Below are positions 36,267 through 46,996 of a stretch of 64,000 bases of DNA, piece after piece (position 1 is the stretch's first letter; each line of letters starts with the position of its first letter). The translations under genes and the position numbers were made by a program. This stretch comes from an uncultured Rhodomicrobium sp. (GTDB lineage: Bacteria; Pseudomonadota; Alphaproteobacteria; Rhizobiales; HXMU1428-3). The notes under the pieces are model-generated. The model saw only the letters and a program-made list of their open reading frames with translations. It did not search any database and was not told the DNA's origin. The stretch spans positions 36,088 through 100,087 of the forward strand of contig CAYGPF010000004.1 in assembly GCA_964351785.1 (NCBI GenBank). The letters run 5' to 3'.

Positions 36267-37886
36267 ATGGATCCGATAAGCACTCTGATCGCAGTTGCTG
36301 TTTCATTTATCGCTGCGCTTTTGGCTCTCTTTGCCGCCTCTCAGGCCCATGATACGGTTTTCTACATACATATGCTCATTTTCGCGCTGGCCTTTGGTGT
36401 CGTGGGCATTGTGCTGTTGAGGCGCTGCAGTTTTGCCCGGACGGCAGGGGAAGGGCCAACCAGCTATAATGACAGTATTGTTCGATTTGGCATCATCGCC
36501 ACTGTGTTCTGGGGTGTTGTCGGATTTGCGGTTGGTGTGCTCATTGCTTTTCAACTGGCTTTCCCGGCGCTGAATTTTGATCTCCCCTGGACAAATTTCG
36601 GTCGTTTGCGGCCCCTGCATACATCTGCTGTGATTTTTGCATTTGGCGGCAATGCGCTTATCGCCACCAGCTTTTATATTGTTCAGCGCACCTGCCGGGC
36701 GCGCCTTGCGCTTGAACCAATGGCCTGGTTTGTGTTCTGGGGCTATCAGCTGTTTATCGTGCTGGCGGCTACCGGCTATGTGCTTGGCTCAACGCAAGCC
36801 AAGGAATATGCCGAACCGGAATGGCATGTTGACCTGTGGCTGACCATTGTCTGGGTCGGATACCTGCTTGTATTCATGGCGACGCTCTGGCGGCGCAAGG
36901 AGCCACATATCTATGTGGCGAACTGGTTTTTTCTTGCTTTCATCATTACGGTTGCCATGCTGCATGTGGTAAACGGGCTTGCTATACCGGTTTCTTTCTT
37001 TGGCTCCACCAGCTATGCGGCTTTTTCCGGTGTTCAAAGTGCGCTCCTGCAATGGTGGTACGGGCATAATGCGGTTGGCTTTTTCCTCACCGCCGGCTTT
37101 TTGGGTATGATGTATTATTTTATACCCAAGCAGGCTGACCGCCCGGTATATTCCTACCGGCTTTCGATCATTCACTTCTGGGCGCTCATTTTCCTTTATA
37201 TCTGGGCGGGACCTCACCACTTGCATTACACCGCTTTGCCTGACTGGGCGCAAACGCTTGGCATGGTGTTTTCCATTATGCTCTGGATGCCAAGCTGGGG
37301 CGGTATGATCAATGGTCTCATGACGCTTTCAGGTGCGTGGGACAAATTACGCACAGACCCGATATTACGGATGTTTGTTGCCTCAGTGGCATTTTACGGC
37401 ATGTCAACATTTGAAGGGCCCTTGATGTCAATCAAGGCCGTAAACGGTCTCAGTCACTATACTGACTGGACCATCGGGCATGTGCATTCCGGTGCCCTTG
37501 GCTGGAATGCGCTGATCAGCTTTGGTGCCATATATTTCCTCGTTCCCAAATTGTGGGGCCGCGAGAAAATGTACAGCACCAGACTGATTAACTGGCACTT
37601 CTGGGTCGCGATGCTCGGCATTTGTGTTTACGCAGCGTCAATGTGGGTTTCCGGCATTACGCAGGGGCTGATGTGGCGCGAATATAACGCTGATGGTTTC
37701 CTTGTTTATTCCTTTGCTGAAACCGTGCTGGTCTTGCACCCCTTCTATGTGATGCGGGCTTGCGGCGGCGCGATGTTCTTATTTGGCTCTTTTCTGATGG
37801 CCTATAACGTCTGGCGCACCGTCAGGGACGATCGCGCCGTGGATCAACCCATTTCACAAGTCATTACTGTTGGAGCCTACAAATGA
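36267..37886 (+). CDS. ccoN: cbb3-type cytochrome c oxidase subunit I
   Basis: 12+ TM heme-copper oxidase with [10 protein letters not shown] and HHLHYT. Confidence 0.97.
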   Translation: MDPISTLIAVAVSFIAALLALFAASQAHDTVFYIHMLIFALAFGVVGIVLLRRCSFARTAGEGPTSYNDSIVRFGIIATVFWGVVGFAVGVLIAFQLAFPALNFDLPWTNFGRLRPLHTSAVIFAFGGNALIATSFYIVQRTCRARLALEPMAWFVFWGYQLFIVLAATGYVLGSTQAKEYAEPEWHVDLWLTIVWVGYLLVFMATLWRRKEPHIYVANWFFLAFIITVAMLHVVNGLAIPVSFFGSTSYAAFSGVQSALLQWWYGHNAVGFFLTAGFLGMMYYFIPKQADRPVYSYRLSIIHFWALIFLYIWAGPHHLHYTALPDWAQTLGMVFSIMLWMPSWGGMINGLMTLSGAWDKLRTDPILRMFVASVAFYGMSTFEGPLMSIKAVNGLSHYTDWTIGHVHSGALGWNALISFGAIYFLVPKLWGREKMYSTRLINWHFWVAMLGICVYAASMWVSGITQGLMWREYNADGFLVYSFAETVLVLHPFYVMRACGGAMFLFGSFLMAYNVWRTVRDDRAVDQPISQVITVGAYK

Positions 37887-38605
37887 TCAGTCATAAACCC
37901 ATTGAGAAAAACAGCTCCCTCCTGCTTGTTCTTAGCCTGATTGTCGTTTCAATCGGGGGGATTGTTGAAATCGCGCCGCTTTTCTACCTTGAGACAACGA
38001 TCGAAAAAGTCAAAGGCATGCGCCCTTACACGCCGCTCGAATTAATGGGGCAGGCCATTTACAAACGGGAGGGGTGCAATCTTTGCCACTCCCAGATGAT
38101 CCGCCCGTTCCGCGATGAGGTGGAGCGCTATGGTCATTATTCTCTGGCGGCTGAGAGCATGTATGATTATCCCTTTTTATGGGGCTCGAAACGGACGGGG
38201 CCTGACCTGGCGAGAGTTGGCGGGCGCTATTCTGATGAGTGGCACCGGGAGCACCTGAAATCACCGCGGCTTCTGGTTCCAGAATCCATCATGCCCGGGT
38301 ATCCCTTTTTGATGGACCCTTTGAAGGTCAAGGATATTGCCGGCCACCTCAAGACAAACAAAATGCTTGGTGTGCCTTACACGGATGAGCAGATTGCCAA
38401 TGCGGAAACCGACCTTCTGGCTCAAGCTGACCCTGATTCGGATGGGGCGGAAGATGTTGTGGCTCGCTACCCGAAGGCGCAGGTGCGCGCCTTTGACGGG
38501 GACCCGCAAACACTCACTGAAATGGATGCGCTGATAGCCTATCTGCAGATGTTGGGAACACTTGTGGATTTTTCAACGTATAACGCCAAAGCCAATCTAA
38601 GGTAA
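37883..38605 (+). CDS. ccoO: cbb3-type cytochrome c oxidase subunit II (monoheme)
   Basis: [11 protein letters not shown] heme motif and [14 protein letters not shown]. Confidence 0.97.
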   Translation: MISHKPIEKNSSLLLVLSLIVVSIGGIVEIAPLFYLETTIEKVKGMRPYTPLELMGQAIYKREGCNLCHSQMIRPFRDEVERYGHYSLAAESMYDYPFLWGSKRTGPDLARVGGRYSDEWHREHLKSPRLLVPESIMPGYPFLMDPLKVKDIAGHLKTNKMLGVPYTDEQIANAETDLLAQADPDSDGAEDVVARYPKAQVRAFDGDPQTLTEMDALIAYLQMLGTLVDFSTYNAKANLR

Positions 38606-38616
38606 GGGGATCTTTC

Positions 38617-38799
38617 ATGGAAATCTACAACAGCATGAGGCAGTTTGCTGATAGCTGGGGCCTATTATACATGACGTTGATTTTTATCGGCGTGTTGCTC
38701 TATACCTTCCGGCCCAGTGCGAAAAGCTATTATGAGGAACAATCCAGAATTCCGCTCAATGAAGAGATAAATGATCATGACCAAACCACAAGACATTGA
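38617..38799 (+). CDS. ccoQ: cbb3-type oxidase small subunit CcoQ
   Basis: 60-aa single-TM protein between ccoO and ccoP. Confidence 0.85.
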   Translation: MEIYNSMRQFADSWGLLYMTLIFIGVLLYTFRPSAKSYYEEQSRIPLNEEINDHDQTTRH

Positions 38800-39643
38800 T
38801 GAAGTTTCGGGTACTGAAACCACGGGCCATGAGTGGGATGGCATTCATGAGTTGAATACGCCCTTGCCGCGCTGGTGGCTCTATACTTTCTACATCACAA
38901 TCATATGGTCCGTTGGGTATATGGTGTTGTACCCGGCTGTCCCGCTTTTGACAGATTTCACCCGCGGTACACTTGGCTATTCCAGCCGTGGTGAACTGGC
39001 CAAATCCATTGAAACTGCCAAAGCAGCGCAAAGTGAATTGCGCCGCAAACTGGAAGCTGCCTCACTTGATGAAATTCGAAGTGATCAGCAACTGTTCAAC
39101 TTTGCCAAAGCCGGCGGTAAGGCGGCGTTTAAAGTTAATTGTATTCAGTGTCATGGCTCTGGCGCTGAGGGTTCAAAGGGCAACCCCAATCTCAATGATG
39201 ATGACTGGCTCTGGGGCGGCAAGCTATTGACCATTCATGAAACCATTCAACATGGGGTCCGGTTTGAAGAGGATGAAGATACGCGCAGCTCAGACATGCC
39301 GGCATTTGGCAAGGATGAACTTTTAACACCTGCCCAGATTGATGCCCTTACTGATTATGTCATTTCGCTTTCTGCGTCTGGTGAGGGTGCCACTGAGGAT
39401 GGTGCGAAACTTTTTCAGACCAATTGCGCCTCCTGTCATGGTGAAAAAGGTGAAGGCAACCGGGAATTTGGTGCGCCGTCACTCGCCGACAAGATCTGGC
39501 TTTATGGCGGCGACAAAGCAACAATCAGGCAATCTATTCATGCCTCTCGAAAAGGTGTAATGCCTGCCTGGGCCCACCGGCTGGATGCTTTGACCATCAA
39601 GCAACTTGCCATTTATGTGCATGCGCTTGGGGGCGGTGAATAA
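38771..39643 (+). CDS. ccoP: cbb3-type cytochrome c oxidase subunit III (diheme)
   Basis: HEWDGIHELNTPLPRWW plus two CxxCH motifs (CIQCH, CASCH). The start is at 38771 or 38777. Confidence 0.96.
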   Translation: MIMTKPQDIDEVSGTETTGHEWDGIHELNTPLPRWWLYTFYITIIWSVGYMVLYPAVPLLTDFTRGTLGYSSRGELAKSIETAKAAQSELRRKLEAASLDEIRSDQQLFNFAKAGGKAAFKVNCIQCHGSGAEGSKGNPNLNDDDWLWGGKLLTIHETIQHGVRFEEDEDTRSSDMPAFGKDELLTPAQIDALTDYVISLSASGEGATEDGAKLFQTNCASCHGEKGEGNREFGAPSLADKIWLYGGDKATIRQSIHASRKGVMPAWAHRLDALTIKQLAIYVHALGGGE

Positions 39644-39693
39644 GGCCTTATTGGCTTTGTTGCGCTTTCAGGCGCGTCCTCAATCTTAAATTT

Positions 39694-41211
39694 ATGCTCG
39701 GACATTTGATGAACCAACAGGACAGGATTGAGACCTATGATGTAAAGGCTGTCAACAAAGACGGCAGCCGCAGCCTTTATCAATCGCTGGTGAAAATTTA
39801 CCCCAAACGGGTGGATGGGTTTTACCGTCAGTTTAAATGGCTGATCATGACCGTAACCCTCACCATTTATTACATCACTCCCTGGCTTCGCTGGGACCGC
39901 GGCCCTTTTGCCCCGGATCAGGCTGTACTGGTTGATCTGGCTAACAGGCGCTTTTACTTCTTCTTTATCGAGATATGGCCACAAGAATTTTTTTATGTGG
40001 CAGGGCTGCTCATCATGGCAGGGATAGGGCTTTTTCTGCTAACTTCTGTCTGGGGGCGGGTGTGGTGCGGTTATGCGTGCCCACAGACGGTATGGGTGGA
40101 TTTGTTCCTCGTTATAGAGCGTTTTTTTGAAGGCGACCGCAACCAGCGGATCAAGCTTGATAAGGGCAAGTGGAATTTCACGAAATTCAGGATAAAAATT
40201 TCAAAACATCTGACCTGGTTATTGGTGGCCGTGGCAACAGGCGGGGCGTGGGTTTTCTATTTTGCTGATGCGCCGACCCTTGCCCGTGAGTTTCTTCAGT
40301 TTAAAGCCCCTTTTGTGGCCTATTCAACTGTGTTCATTCTCGCAACGACCACCTACCTTCTTGGTGGGATCATGCGTGATCAGGTCTGCACTTATATGTG
40401 CCCCTGGCCGCGCATTCAGGCCAGCATGCTGGATGAAAAATCTCTGGTTGTGACCTATAATGATTTTCGCGGAGAACCCAGAAGCTCTCACCGGAAAAAG
40501 GATCTTGCAGCCCTTGGTGATGAGAGTCCGGGGGATTGTATAGATTGCTCGAAATGCGTTGTTGTCTGCCCGATGGGGATCGACATTCGCGATGGGCAGC
40601 AACTTGAATGTATCACTTGTGCCCTTTGTATTGACGCCTGCGACGGGGTGATGGAGAAGATTGGCAAACCTAAAGGTTTGATATCCTACGCAACGCTTGA
40701 GGAATATGACAAAGCCAAACGGGGTGAACCTCTTGACAAACATGTGCCCATTCTGTTTCGCCCTCGTACGCTTGTTTATTCTGCTATCTGGTGCCTGGCG
40801 GGCCTCAGCATGCTCTATGTGCTGGCAACGCGCAGTCGGCTGGACGTCAATGTACTGCATGACAGGAACCCGCTGGCGGTTCAGTTAAGTGATGGCTCGG
40901 TGCGTAATGGCTACACCGTCAAAATTTTGAATATGGAACCTACCCCACATAAGGCGAAACTTTCATTTCAAGGGCTTGATAATGGCACAATGCGCATTGA
41001 AGGTATTGAAGGGAAAAGTTTTAAAATGGGGGAGGTTTTTGAATTTGACCTACCGCCTGATAAACTGCGCGAATTGAAAATTTATATTAAAGTCGGGCAG
41101 GAATTTCTGCCCAAGGGTTCGGTCGACTTTCAGTTCAAGGCATATATTCCCGATACAGATGACCGGCATGTGACCAGCACCAAATTTCATCTGAAACAGA
41201 GCGCACCCTAG
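39694..41211 (+). CDS. ccoG: cbb3 oxidase accessory protein CcoG/FixG (4Fe-4S)
   Basis: GRVWCGYACPQT and ferredoxin motifs CIDCSKCVVVCP and CITCALCIDAC. Confidence 0.95.
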   Translation: MLGHLMNQQDRIETYDVKAVNKDGSRSLYQSLVKIYPKRVDGFYRQFKWLIMTVTLTIYYITPWLRWDRGPFAPDQAVLVDLANRRFYFFFIEIWPQEFFYVAGLLIMAGIGLFLLTSVWGRVWCGYACPQTVWVDLFLVIERFFEGDRNQRIKLDKGKWNFTKFRIKISKHLTWLLVAVATGGAWVFYFADAPTLAREFLQFKAPFVAYSTVFILATTTYLLGGIMRDQVCTYMCPWPRIQASMLDEKSLVVTYNDFRGEPRSSHRKKDLAALGDESPGDCIDCSKCVVVCPMGIDIRDGQQLECITCALCIDACDGVMEKIGKPKGLISYATLEEYDKAKRGEPLDKHVPILFRPRTLVYSAIWCLAGLSMLYVLATRSRLDVNVLHDRNPLAVQLSDGSVRNGYTVKILNMEPTPHKAKLSFQGLDNGTMRIEGIEGKSFKMGEVFEFDLPPDKLRELKIYIKVGQEFLPKGSVDFQFKAYIPDTDDRHVTSTKFHLKQSAP

Positions 41212-41247
41212 ACAAGGGGCAGTAACAGAGGAAAGGCATAGTAGAAG

Positions 41248-41751
41248 ATGGGAAAAGAGATGCATGCGCAGGGCGCGCTATTTACAGGTCGCCATATGTT
41301 GATTGTTATGGTGATGTTCTTCGGCGTGATTTTTATTGCCAATGGTTTCATGGTCTATTTTGCCTCCCAAAGCTGGACTGGTCTTGTTGTTAAAAATGGC
41401 TATGTCGCCAGTCAGGCTTTTAACAGGAAAGTTGACCGGCAGAACAAGCTGTTGGCTGATGGATGGCGCGGCGCGCTTGAGATTAAAAACGGGCATTATA
41501 ATTTTGTACTTTCAAAAGGGGCCGAGCACATCAGAGATTGTGCGGTTATGGGTGTTTTTAGACGGCCTGTTCATAACAAGAATGATCAAACGCTGCGCTT
41601 CAAGGCTGATACTGCAGGGGTTTACCGCACTCAGCTTGATCTTGCGCCTGGTGTCTGGACGCTGACATTAAAAGCGCTCTGCCCGGGGGAATCTCAGCCC
41701 TTTCAACAAAATTACCGCTTTCATATACAGGCTGCCAACCAGACCCGCTGA
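41248..41751 (+). CDS. ccoH: FixH/CcoH family protein
   Basis: Single N-terminal TM and position between ccoG and ccoI. Confidence 0.85.
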   Translation: MGKEMHAQGALFTGRHMLIVMVMFFGVIFIANGFMVYFASQSWTGLVVKNGYVASQAFNRKVDRQNKLLADGWRGALEIKNGHYNFVLSKGAEHIRDCAVMGVFRRPVHNKNDQTLRFKADTAGVYRTQLDLAPGVWTLTLKALCPGESQPFQQNYRFHIQAANQTR

Positions 41752-41808
41752 TTTGAGCCTGTGTTAAATACATGGCAGAACTGCCATTCAACCAGAGCCG
41801 TAAATACA

Positions 41809-44151
41809 ATGAACCAGGCACCTTCTAAACAGAGTTTTAAAACTCAGGACCCCGGCGAGCCATTGACAGCGCCTCGGTTTAAGGATGCGCTGGCAACTTT
41901 TGTACACACTGACACCCGCAGTGATCAGGCCCCTCCCCTTAATACACTGAGCTTTTTTGTACCCCAGATGAACTGCGCCGGTTGCATGACGAAAATCGAG
42001 CGGTATTTTTCTGAGTTGGCCGGGCTTTCGGCTGTGCGGGTTAATCTCAGCCGCAAGGAAGTTAATTTTACCTGGCCTGCTCAGATGGGTGGCACCTCAC
42101 CGCTTACAGGTGAGGGGCTACAAATTGCGCTTGAGAAACTGGGCTATGAAGCACGCCCGCTGCTGCCGGGACCGGCCAGAGACCCACATGACGAGCAATT
42201 TCGTCATCTTCTATGGTGCATGGCTGTCGCCGGGTTTGCGGCGGCGAATGTGATGCTGCTTTCTGTCTCTGTATGGTCGGGGGCGGCGGGGGCCACACGG
42301 GATCTTTTCCACTGGCTTTCCGCGCTGATCGCACTACCGGCCCTGGCCTATGCCGGGCAGCCTTTTTACTCCTCTGCTTTTCGGGCCTTGAAGAGTGGGC
42401 ATGTCAATATGGATGTGCCGATTTCACTTGCGGTGATTCTTGCAGCGGGGCTTAGCCTTTTTGAGACAATCAATCATGGGGAACATGCCTTTTTTGATGC
42501 CGCGATCAGCCTGTTGTTCTTTCTGCTGATCGGCCGCACGCTTGATCATATGATGCGGGCAAGAGCTTTCCATGGGGTGCGGCAAATGTTGTCTCTCAAA
42601 ACGGAGACGGCTTTTATTGTCGGCACTGACGGCATCAGCAAACCTATTGCCGTGCGCGATATTGTGCCTGGAATGCTAGTACTGGTGCGCCCGGGTGAGA
42701 CGATCCCGGTTGATGGTGTGATACGATCCGGGCAGAGCGATGTAGACTGGTCACTTGTCACCGGCGAGGCTCAACCCAGAACCGGCAGCCCCTCAGATGT
42801 GGTCTATTGTGGCCTTTTAAACCTATCCGGTTCTTTGACGATTGAGACCAACGCGGTGGGGGAAGACACATTATTAAGTGAGATCATATGCCTGATGGAA
42901 GAAGCCCAATCCGCCAGGCCACGGTACCGTCAACTGGCTGAACGGGCGGCGTCTCTCTATGTACCGCTTGTGCACAGCGCTGCGGCACTCACCCTGGCGG
43001 GTTGGCTGGTTTTTGGCAGCAGCTGGCAGGTCGCGTTATATCATGCCATTGCGGTTTTGATCATCACCTGCCCTTGTGCCCTGGCGCTAGCCGTGCCGGT
43101 TGTGCAGGTGGCGGCGAGTGCCATTGCGCAACGGGCAGGTGTGCTGATGAAAGATGGTGCGGCGCTCGAAGCTCTGAGCACAATTGACACAGTTGTTTTT
43201 GACAAAACAGGGACATTGACCCTCGCTGAAGCCCAATATACCCAAAGTCGCATCGAAATTGATCCCGGCCATGAAACTATTTTTACCAGCGATGAATTTT
43301 TGGCAGCGATCAGCCATTTGGCTGGGCATAGTCTGCACCCTCTTTCAGTGCAACTTACCAAGGCATTGCCAGTGGATGCTGTATCCTCTGGTCAGCTGGA
43401 GGGCGTGAAAGAGCAGCCTGGCTCCGGCATTCAAGCTGCCTGGCGGGGAGGGACTTTAAAGCTTGGCAAACGCGCCTGGTGCGGCGCCCCCAACACGGGT
43501 GCGTTCTTTGCCGATGAGGCGAGCTTTGTGACCTGGGCTTCCTTTGAGGACAGGGTAGGTCAGTGCTCATTTGCGGCCTTTCAGTTTGATGACCGGCTGC
43601 GCAGCGGGTCGCTGGAGGCTGTCCGTTATTTTCAGGAGCTTGGCATGGAGGTTCACCTCTTTTCAGGTGACAGGTCCGAAGCTGTACGCCGAACCGCTGA
43701 AGCACTCCAAATTCAACATTACAAAGCTGAGATGCAGCCCAAGGACAAAGCCCTGGCCATCAGTGAGCTTGAAGCACGTGGGCGGGCCGTCTTTATGGTG
43801 GGGGATGGGATGAATGATGGTCCCTCGCTCAAGGCGGCAACGGTTTCCCTTTCCCCGGCCGGGGCCAGTGATCTTGCCAAGGTAAGCGCCGGGTTTGTGC
43901 TTTTGACGGAGGGGCTGGAGCCACTGATCTGGCTGCATAAACTCTCAATCTTATCCTGCCGTTTGATCTGGCAGAACTTTTCTCTTGCGCTGCTTTATAA
44001 TATGATTGCTGTGCCGTTGGCCGTTTTAGGCGGTGTCACGCCGATCATTGCTGCATTCGCGATGTCTGCATCCTCGCTGCTGGTTATGGGTAATGGGTTG
44101 CGGCTCTATTATCTCACTCAGAGTTTTGGGGGCAGGCGGCCGGGCGGATGA
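41809..44151 (+). CDS. ccoI: Copper-translocating P-type ATPase CcoI/FixI
   Basis: N-terminal MNCAGCMTKIE metal-binding domain, CPC motif (ITCPCAL), DKTGTLT and GDGMNDGP. The start is GTG 41761 or ATG 41809. Confidence 0.95.
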   Translation: MNQAPSKQSFKTQDPGEPLTAPRFKDALATFVHTDTRSDQAPPLNTLSFFVPQMNCAGCMTKIERYFSELAGLSAVRVNLSRKEVNFTWPAQMGGTSPLTGEGLQIALEKLGYEARPLLPGPARDPHDEQFRHLLWCMAVAGFAAANVMLLSVSVWSGAAGATRDLFHWLSALIALPALAYAGQPFYSSAFRALKSGHVNMDVPISLAVILAAGLSLFETINHGEHAFFDAAISLLFFLLIGRTLDHMMRARAFHGVRQMLSLKTETAFIVGTDGISKPIAVRDIVPGMLVLVRPGETIPVDGVIRSGQSDVDWSLVTGEAQPRTGSPSDVVYCGLLNLSGSLTIETNAVGEDTLLSEIICLMEEAQSARPRYRQLAERAASLYVPLVHSAAALTLAGWLVFGSSWQVALYHAIAVLIITCPCALALAVPVVQVAASAIAQRAGVLMKDGAALEALSTIDTVVFDKTGTLTLAEAQYTQSRIEIDPGHETIFTSDEFLAAISHLAGHSLHPLSVQLTKALPVDAVSSGQLEGVKEQPGSGIQAAWRGGTLKLGKRAWCGAPNTGAFFADEASFVTWASFEDRVGQCSFAAFQFDDRLRSGSLEAVRYFQELGMEVHLFSGDRSEAVRRTAEALQIQHYKAEMQPKDKALAISELEARGRAVFMVGDGMNDGPSLKAATVSLSPAGASDLAKVSAGFVLLTEGLEPLIWLHKLSILSCRLIWQNFSLALLYNMIAVPLAVLGGVTPIIAAFAMSASSLLVMGNGLRLYYLTQSFGGRRPGG

Positions 44152-44208
44152 GGGGGTTCATCTGATTGCACCCTGTCTGATTGGCCTTTTAGAGAAAGTC
44201 ACTGTTTG

Positions 44209-44364
44209 ATGAGCAATCTACTTATTCTGATACCTGCTGCGCTGCTGCTTGGCTTTCTCGGGCTTATGGGTTTTTTATGGGCGCTGAAAAACAACCAGTT
44301 TGAGGACCTTGAAGGTCCGGCCAATCGGATCCTGAATGATGATGATGACAAACCCCTGCCCTGA
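44209..44364 (+). CDS. ccoS: cbb3 oxidase maturation protein CcoS/FixS (51 aa, below the ORF-track size cutoff)
   Basis: Hand translation gives MSNLLILIPAALLLGFLGLMGFLWALKNNQFEDLEGPANRILNDDDDKPLP. This matches the CcoS pattern (single TM, W.....GQ[FY][DE]DL.G...RIL.DDD) and the expected position after ccoI. Confidence 0.85.
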   Translation: MSNLLILIPAALLLGFLGLMGFLWALKNNQFEDLEGPANRILNDDDDKPLP

Positions 44365-44403
44365 AGCTGATATTTCCTCCGGTCCCGCCTTCACCGGTTG
44401 GCG

Positions 44404-46878
44404 TCAGGATGCCACTTTAATGGTAAATGTATCGCCAGCTTCGCTGCGCCATTTATCAAGCATCTCATGGAGCTGTTCACTTTCAAAAGGTTTGGCGATG
44501 TGATCGTTCATACCAACTGACATGCATTTTTCCTTGTCTTCTGGAAACGCATTGGCGGTCATTGCGATGATCGGCACCGTTTTGGAGACCCCTTTGGCAT
44601 AGCGATTTAAATAGCGGCGGATTGCCTTGGTCGCGGTGAAGCCATCCATTTCTGGCATGTGAATGTCCATAAGGATGTAATCCAGCGGCAGGCCGTCTCT
44701 GTTGCGCTGACGCACCATTTCCTGCGCGGCTTCGCCATTTGTCACATGCAGAACAGTGGCCGACATTTTCTCCAGCACTGTGCGGGCGAGGAGCGCGTTG
44801 ATCTCGTTATCTTCAGCAAGCAGGATGACCGGCCCTGTTTTCGTGCCCTCAGATTTTTGAGCTCCCTCAGTGTTGGAGAGTGAGAGATTTGGAAGTTTAT
44901 CCCGCTTACCGCCATTATAATCTTCGTTGAGGCGGGCGAACAGAGAAACAGCGCGTACCGGCCTTGTCAGATAGGCATCAATGCCAGCCTGATAGAAGGC
45001 TGGAAATTCACCGCGCTCTGAGACATCCATCATCACAATCTCGATCGGCTTGCGGCCTGAGTTATTTTCTTTCAGCTGGGTCACAAGTTCCTGATGCAGT
45101 TTTGGCATACGGTTGTGCGCGGTGCTGGTGTCAACAATCAGGGTGTCGATGGGCTGGCCTTTTTTTCCAGCGCTTTTCAAGAACCGTATCGCTGATTTTG
45201 GCTCTGTATATTGCGCGTTCATGCCAACCATACCAAGTGTGCGAACCATGGCCTGCATTTCAATGGGCAGATCACCGACAATCAGGATGTTGTGCGGCCA
45301 TTCCGGCAAAGGGTAGTCATTGTAAAGATGACCACAACCGGATTTAGCTTCCAATTCCAACTCAATGACAAATGTGGAGCCCTGACCTTTTTTCGAGTTT
45401 ATGCTGATCTCGCCGTTCATTTTGTCGACAATGCGTTTGGTGATGGCAAGGCCGAGCCCGGTTCCCTCAAAGCGGCGGGCGTGAGAATTGTCAACCTGTT
45501 CAAATTCACTGAAAATCGTTGTTTGGGCTTTTTCACTGAGGCCGATACCTGTGTCCCTGACCTTGATCGTGAGGGGGCGTTTTTCATTGGCGAACTGTTT
45601 TTCAAAAAATCCCAATTGGCTGGATTTTTTACCCGTGCCCATGATTTCAACCGTGATGCCACCATGATCCGTGAACTTGATCGCATTGCCGATAAGGTTG
45701 GTGAGAATCTGCCGCATGCGCACTTCATCGCCATTAAATACCTGCGGCAGGGTTGCATCTATCACCCAGGCGATTTCCAGACCCTTGTCGTGTGCGCGGG
45801 GGGCAAGCAGCTCTATGACCGATTGTGCGGTTTCGCGCAAATCAAATGGCTGATTGATCAACTCAAGTTTACCCGCTTCAATTTTTGAAAAATCGAGAAT
45901 TTGATCAATCAGGGAAAGCAGGCTTTTTGCTGAAGAATTTATCGAGCGGCAATATGTTTTCTGCTCCGGTGTCAGTTGCGTGTCCATCATTAGGCCGGTC
46001 ATGCCGAGGATGCCGTTCATCGGGGTGCGGATTTCGTGGCTGATGGTTGCCAGAAACTGGCCTTTGGCCTTGTTTGCACTTTCGGCCTGATCACGGGCCC
46101 TTTGCAATTCGTCTTCAGCCTGCTTCTGATCTGTGATGTCGTGACCGATTGACTGAATTTCAATGATGTCCAGGGTTTGATCTCTTGTGGCAAATTCCTC
46201 CCAGCGGTACCAGCGCGGGCCGCTCAGGGTATTGAGGCGTTGTTGATAAGTGCGGCGGCCCTGGCCTGCCTTGAAGGCAAGCGCGGTGGGGGTGTCGCCT
46301 TCCAGGATATCCGGGTTAAAGGGACGGCCAATTTCGGTGTTTTCGCTTTCCCCAAAAACCCGGGTGAAGGGTTTGTTGGCATAGGTTAAGACGCCATCTG
46401 TATTGCGGCGGATGATGATGTCATTCTGAGCGTCAAGTAAATCGCGGTAGCGGGTTTCACTGTCACTCAGCTCCCACTGGACATCACTGAATTGTTCGAG
46501 CTTCTGACTTAACTCATGGACAAGGTGAATGTTTTCCGCTGTTTTTTCCTTCATCCTGATAGATTCCCTGAACATCCAGCTGCTGGCCAACCCCAGGATG
46601 GAGGCAAATGCGATCATCAGCGCGGCTTCAACAGTGACATCGACGGCAAAACTGACAGCGGCAAAAATGATGCTGACTACTGCGGCTGAGAGCGCCACCA
46701 GAGCGGCGGTGTAGGTCCAGTTTTCCAGCGGGTATTCTTTGTTTATATTCTGCTGATTGCGGCGCAATTGGGCACGGGCGCGCTCCAGTAACTGGCCAGG
46801 CTTGGCCAAGGGCAGATTATCGGGTGAGGTGTGTTCTGGCTCGTATTGCACGATGGCCCTCTTTCTGTGCGGCAGCAT
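44404..46878 (-). CDS. Hybrid sensor histidine kinase with PAS, HisKA/HATPase, a degenerate receiver-like domain and a C-terminal receiver
   Basis: Two N-terminal TMs, PAS (RRNTDGVLTYANKPF), H-box ISHEIRTPMNG, GTGLGLAI, then two CheY-like segments. Confidence 0.88.
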   Translation of the reverse strand: MLPHRKRAIVQYEPEHTSPDNLPLAKPGQLLERARAQLRRNQQNINKEYPLENWTYTAALVALSAAVVSIIFAAVSFAVDVTVEAALMIAFASILGLASSWMFRESIRMKEKTAENIHLVHELSQKLEQFSDVQWELSDSETRYRDLLDAQNDIIIRRNTDGVLTYANKPFTRVFGESENTEIGRPFNPDILEGDTPTALAFKAGQGRRTYQQRLNTLSGPRWYRWEEFATRDQTLDIIEIQSIGHDITDQKQAEDELQRARDQAESANKAKGQFLATISHEIRTPMNGILGMTGLMMDTQLTPEQKTYCRSINSSAKSLLSLIDQILDFSKIEAGKLELINQPFDLRETAQSVIELLAPRAHDKGLEIAWVIDATLPQVFNGDEVRMRQILTNLIGNAIKFTDHGGITVEIMGTGKKSSQLGFFEKQFANEKRPLTIKVRDTGIGLSEKAQTTIFSEFEQVDNSHARRFEGTGLGLAITKRIVDKMNGEISINSKKGQGSTFVIELELEAKSGCGHLYNDYPLPEWPHNILIVGDLPIEMQAMVRTLGMVGMNAQYTEPKSAIRFLKSAGKKGQPIDTLIVDTSTAHNRMPKLHQELVTQLKENNSGRKPIEIVMMDVSERGEFPAFYQAGIDAYLTRPVRAVSLFARLNEDYNGGKRDKLPNLSLSNTEGAQKSEGTKTGPVILLAEDNEINALLARTVLEKMSATVLHVTNGEAAQEMVRQRNRDGLPLDYILMDIHMPEMDGFTATKAIRRYLNRYAKGVSKTVPIIAMTANAFPEDKEKCMSVGMNDHIAKPFESEQLHEMLDKWRSEAGDTFTIKVAS

Positions 46879-46996
46879 TCCTATGAGAGGGCTATTTAAT
46901 CAGGTGAGTTTTTAAAAAAACTTACTTTTTAGATGCAGTCTTTAATTAACAGATGAAATAAATGGTTGATCCAGAGATAAAATTGGCAGAAAGCAC

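Noticed and set aside
40324-40860. 178-aa ORF antisense to ccoG.
   Set aside because: It lies opposite a gene with clear ferredoxin motifs, and has no SD or domain signature.
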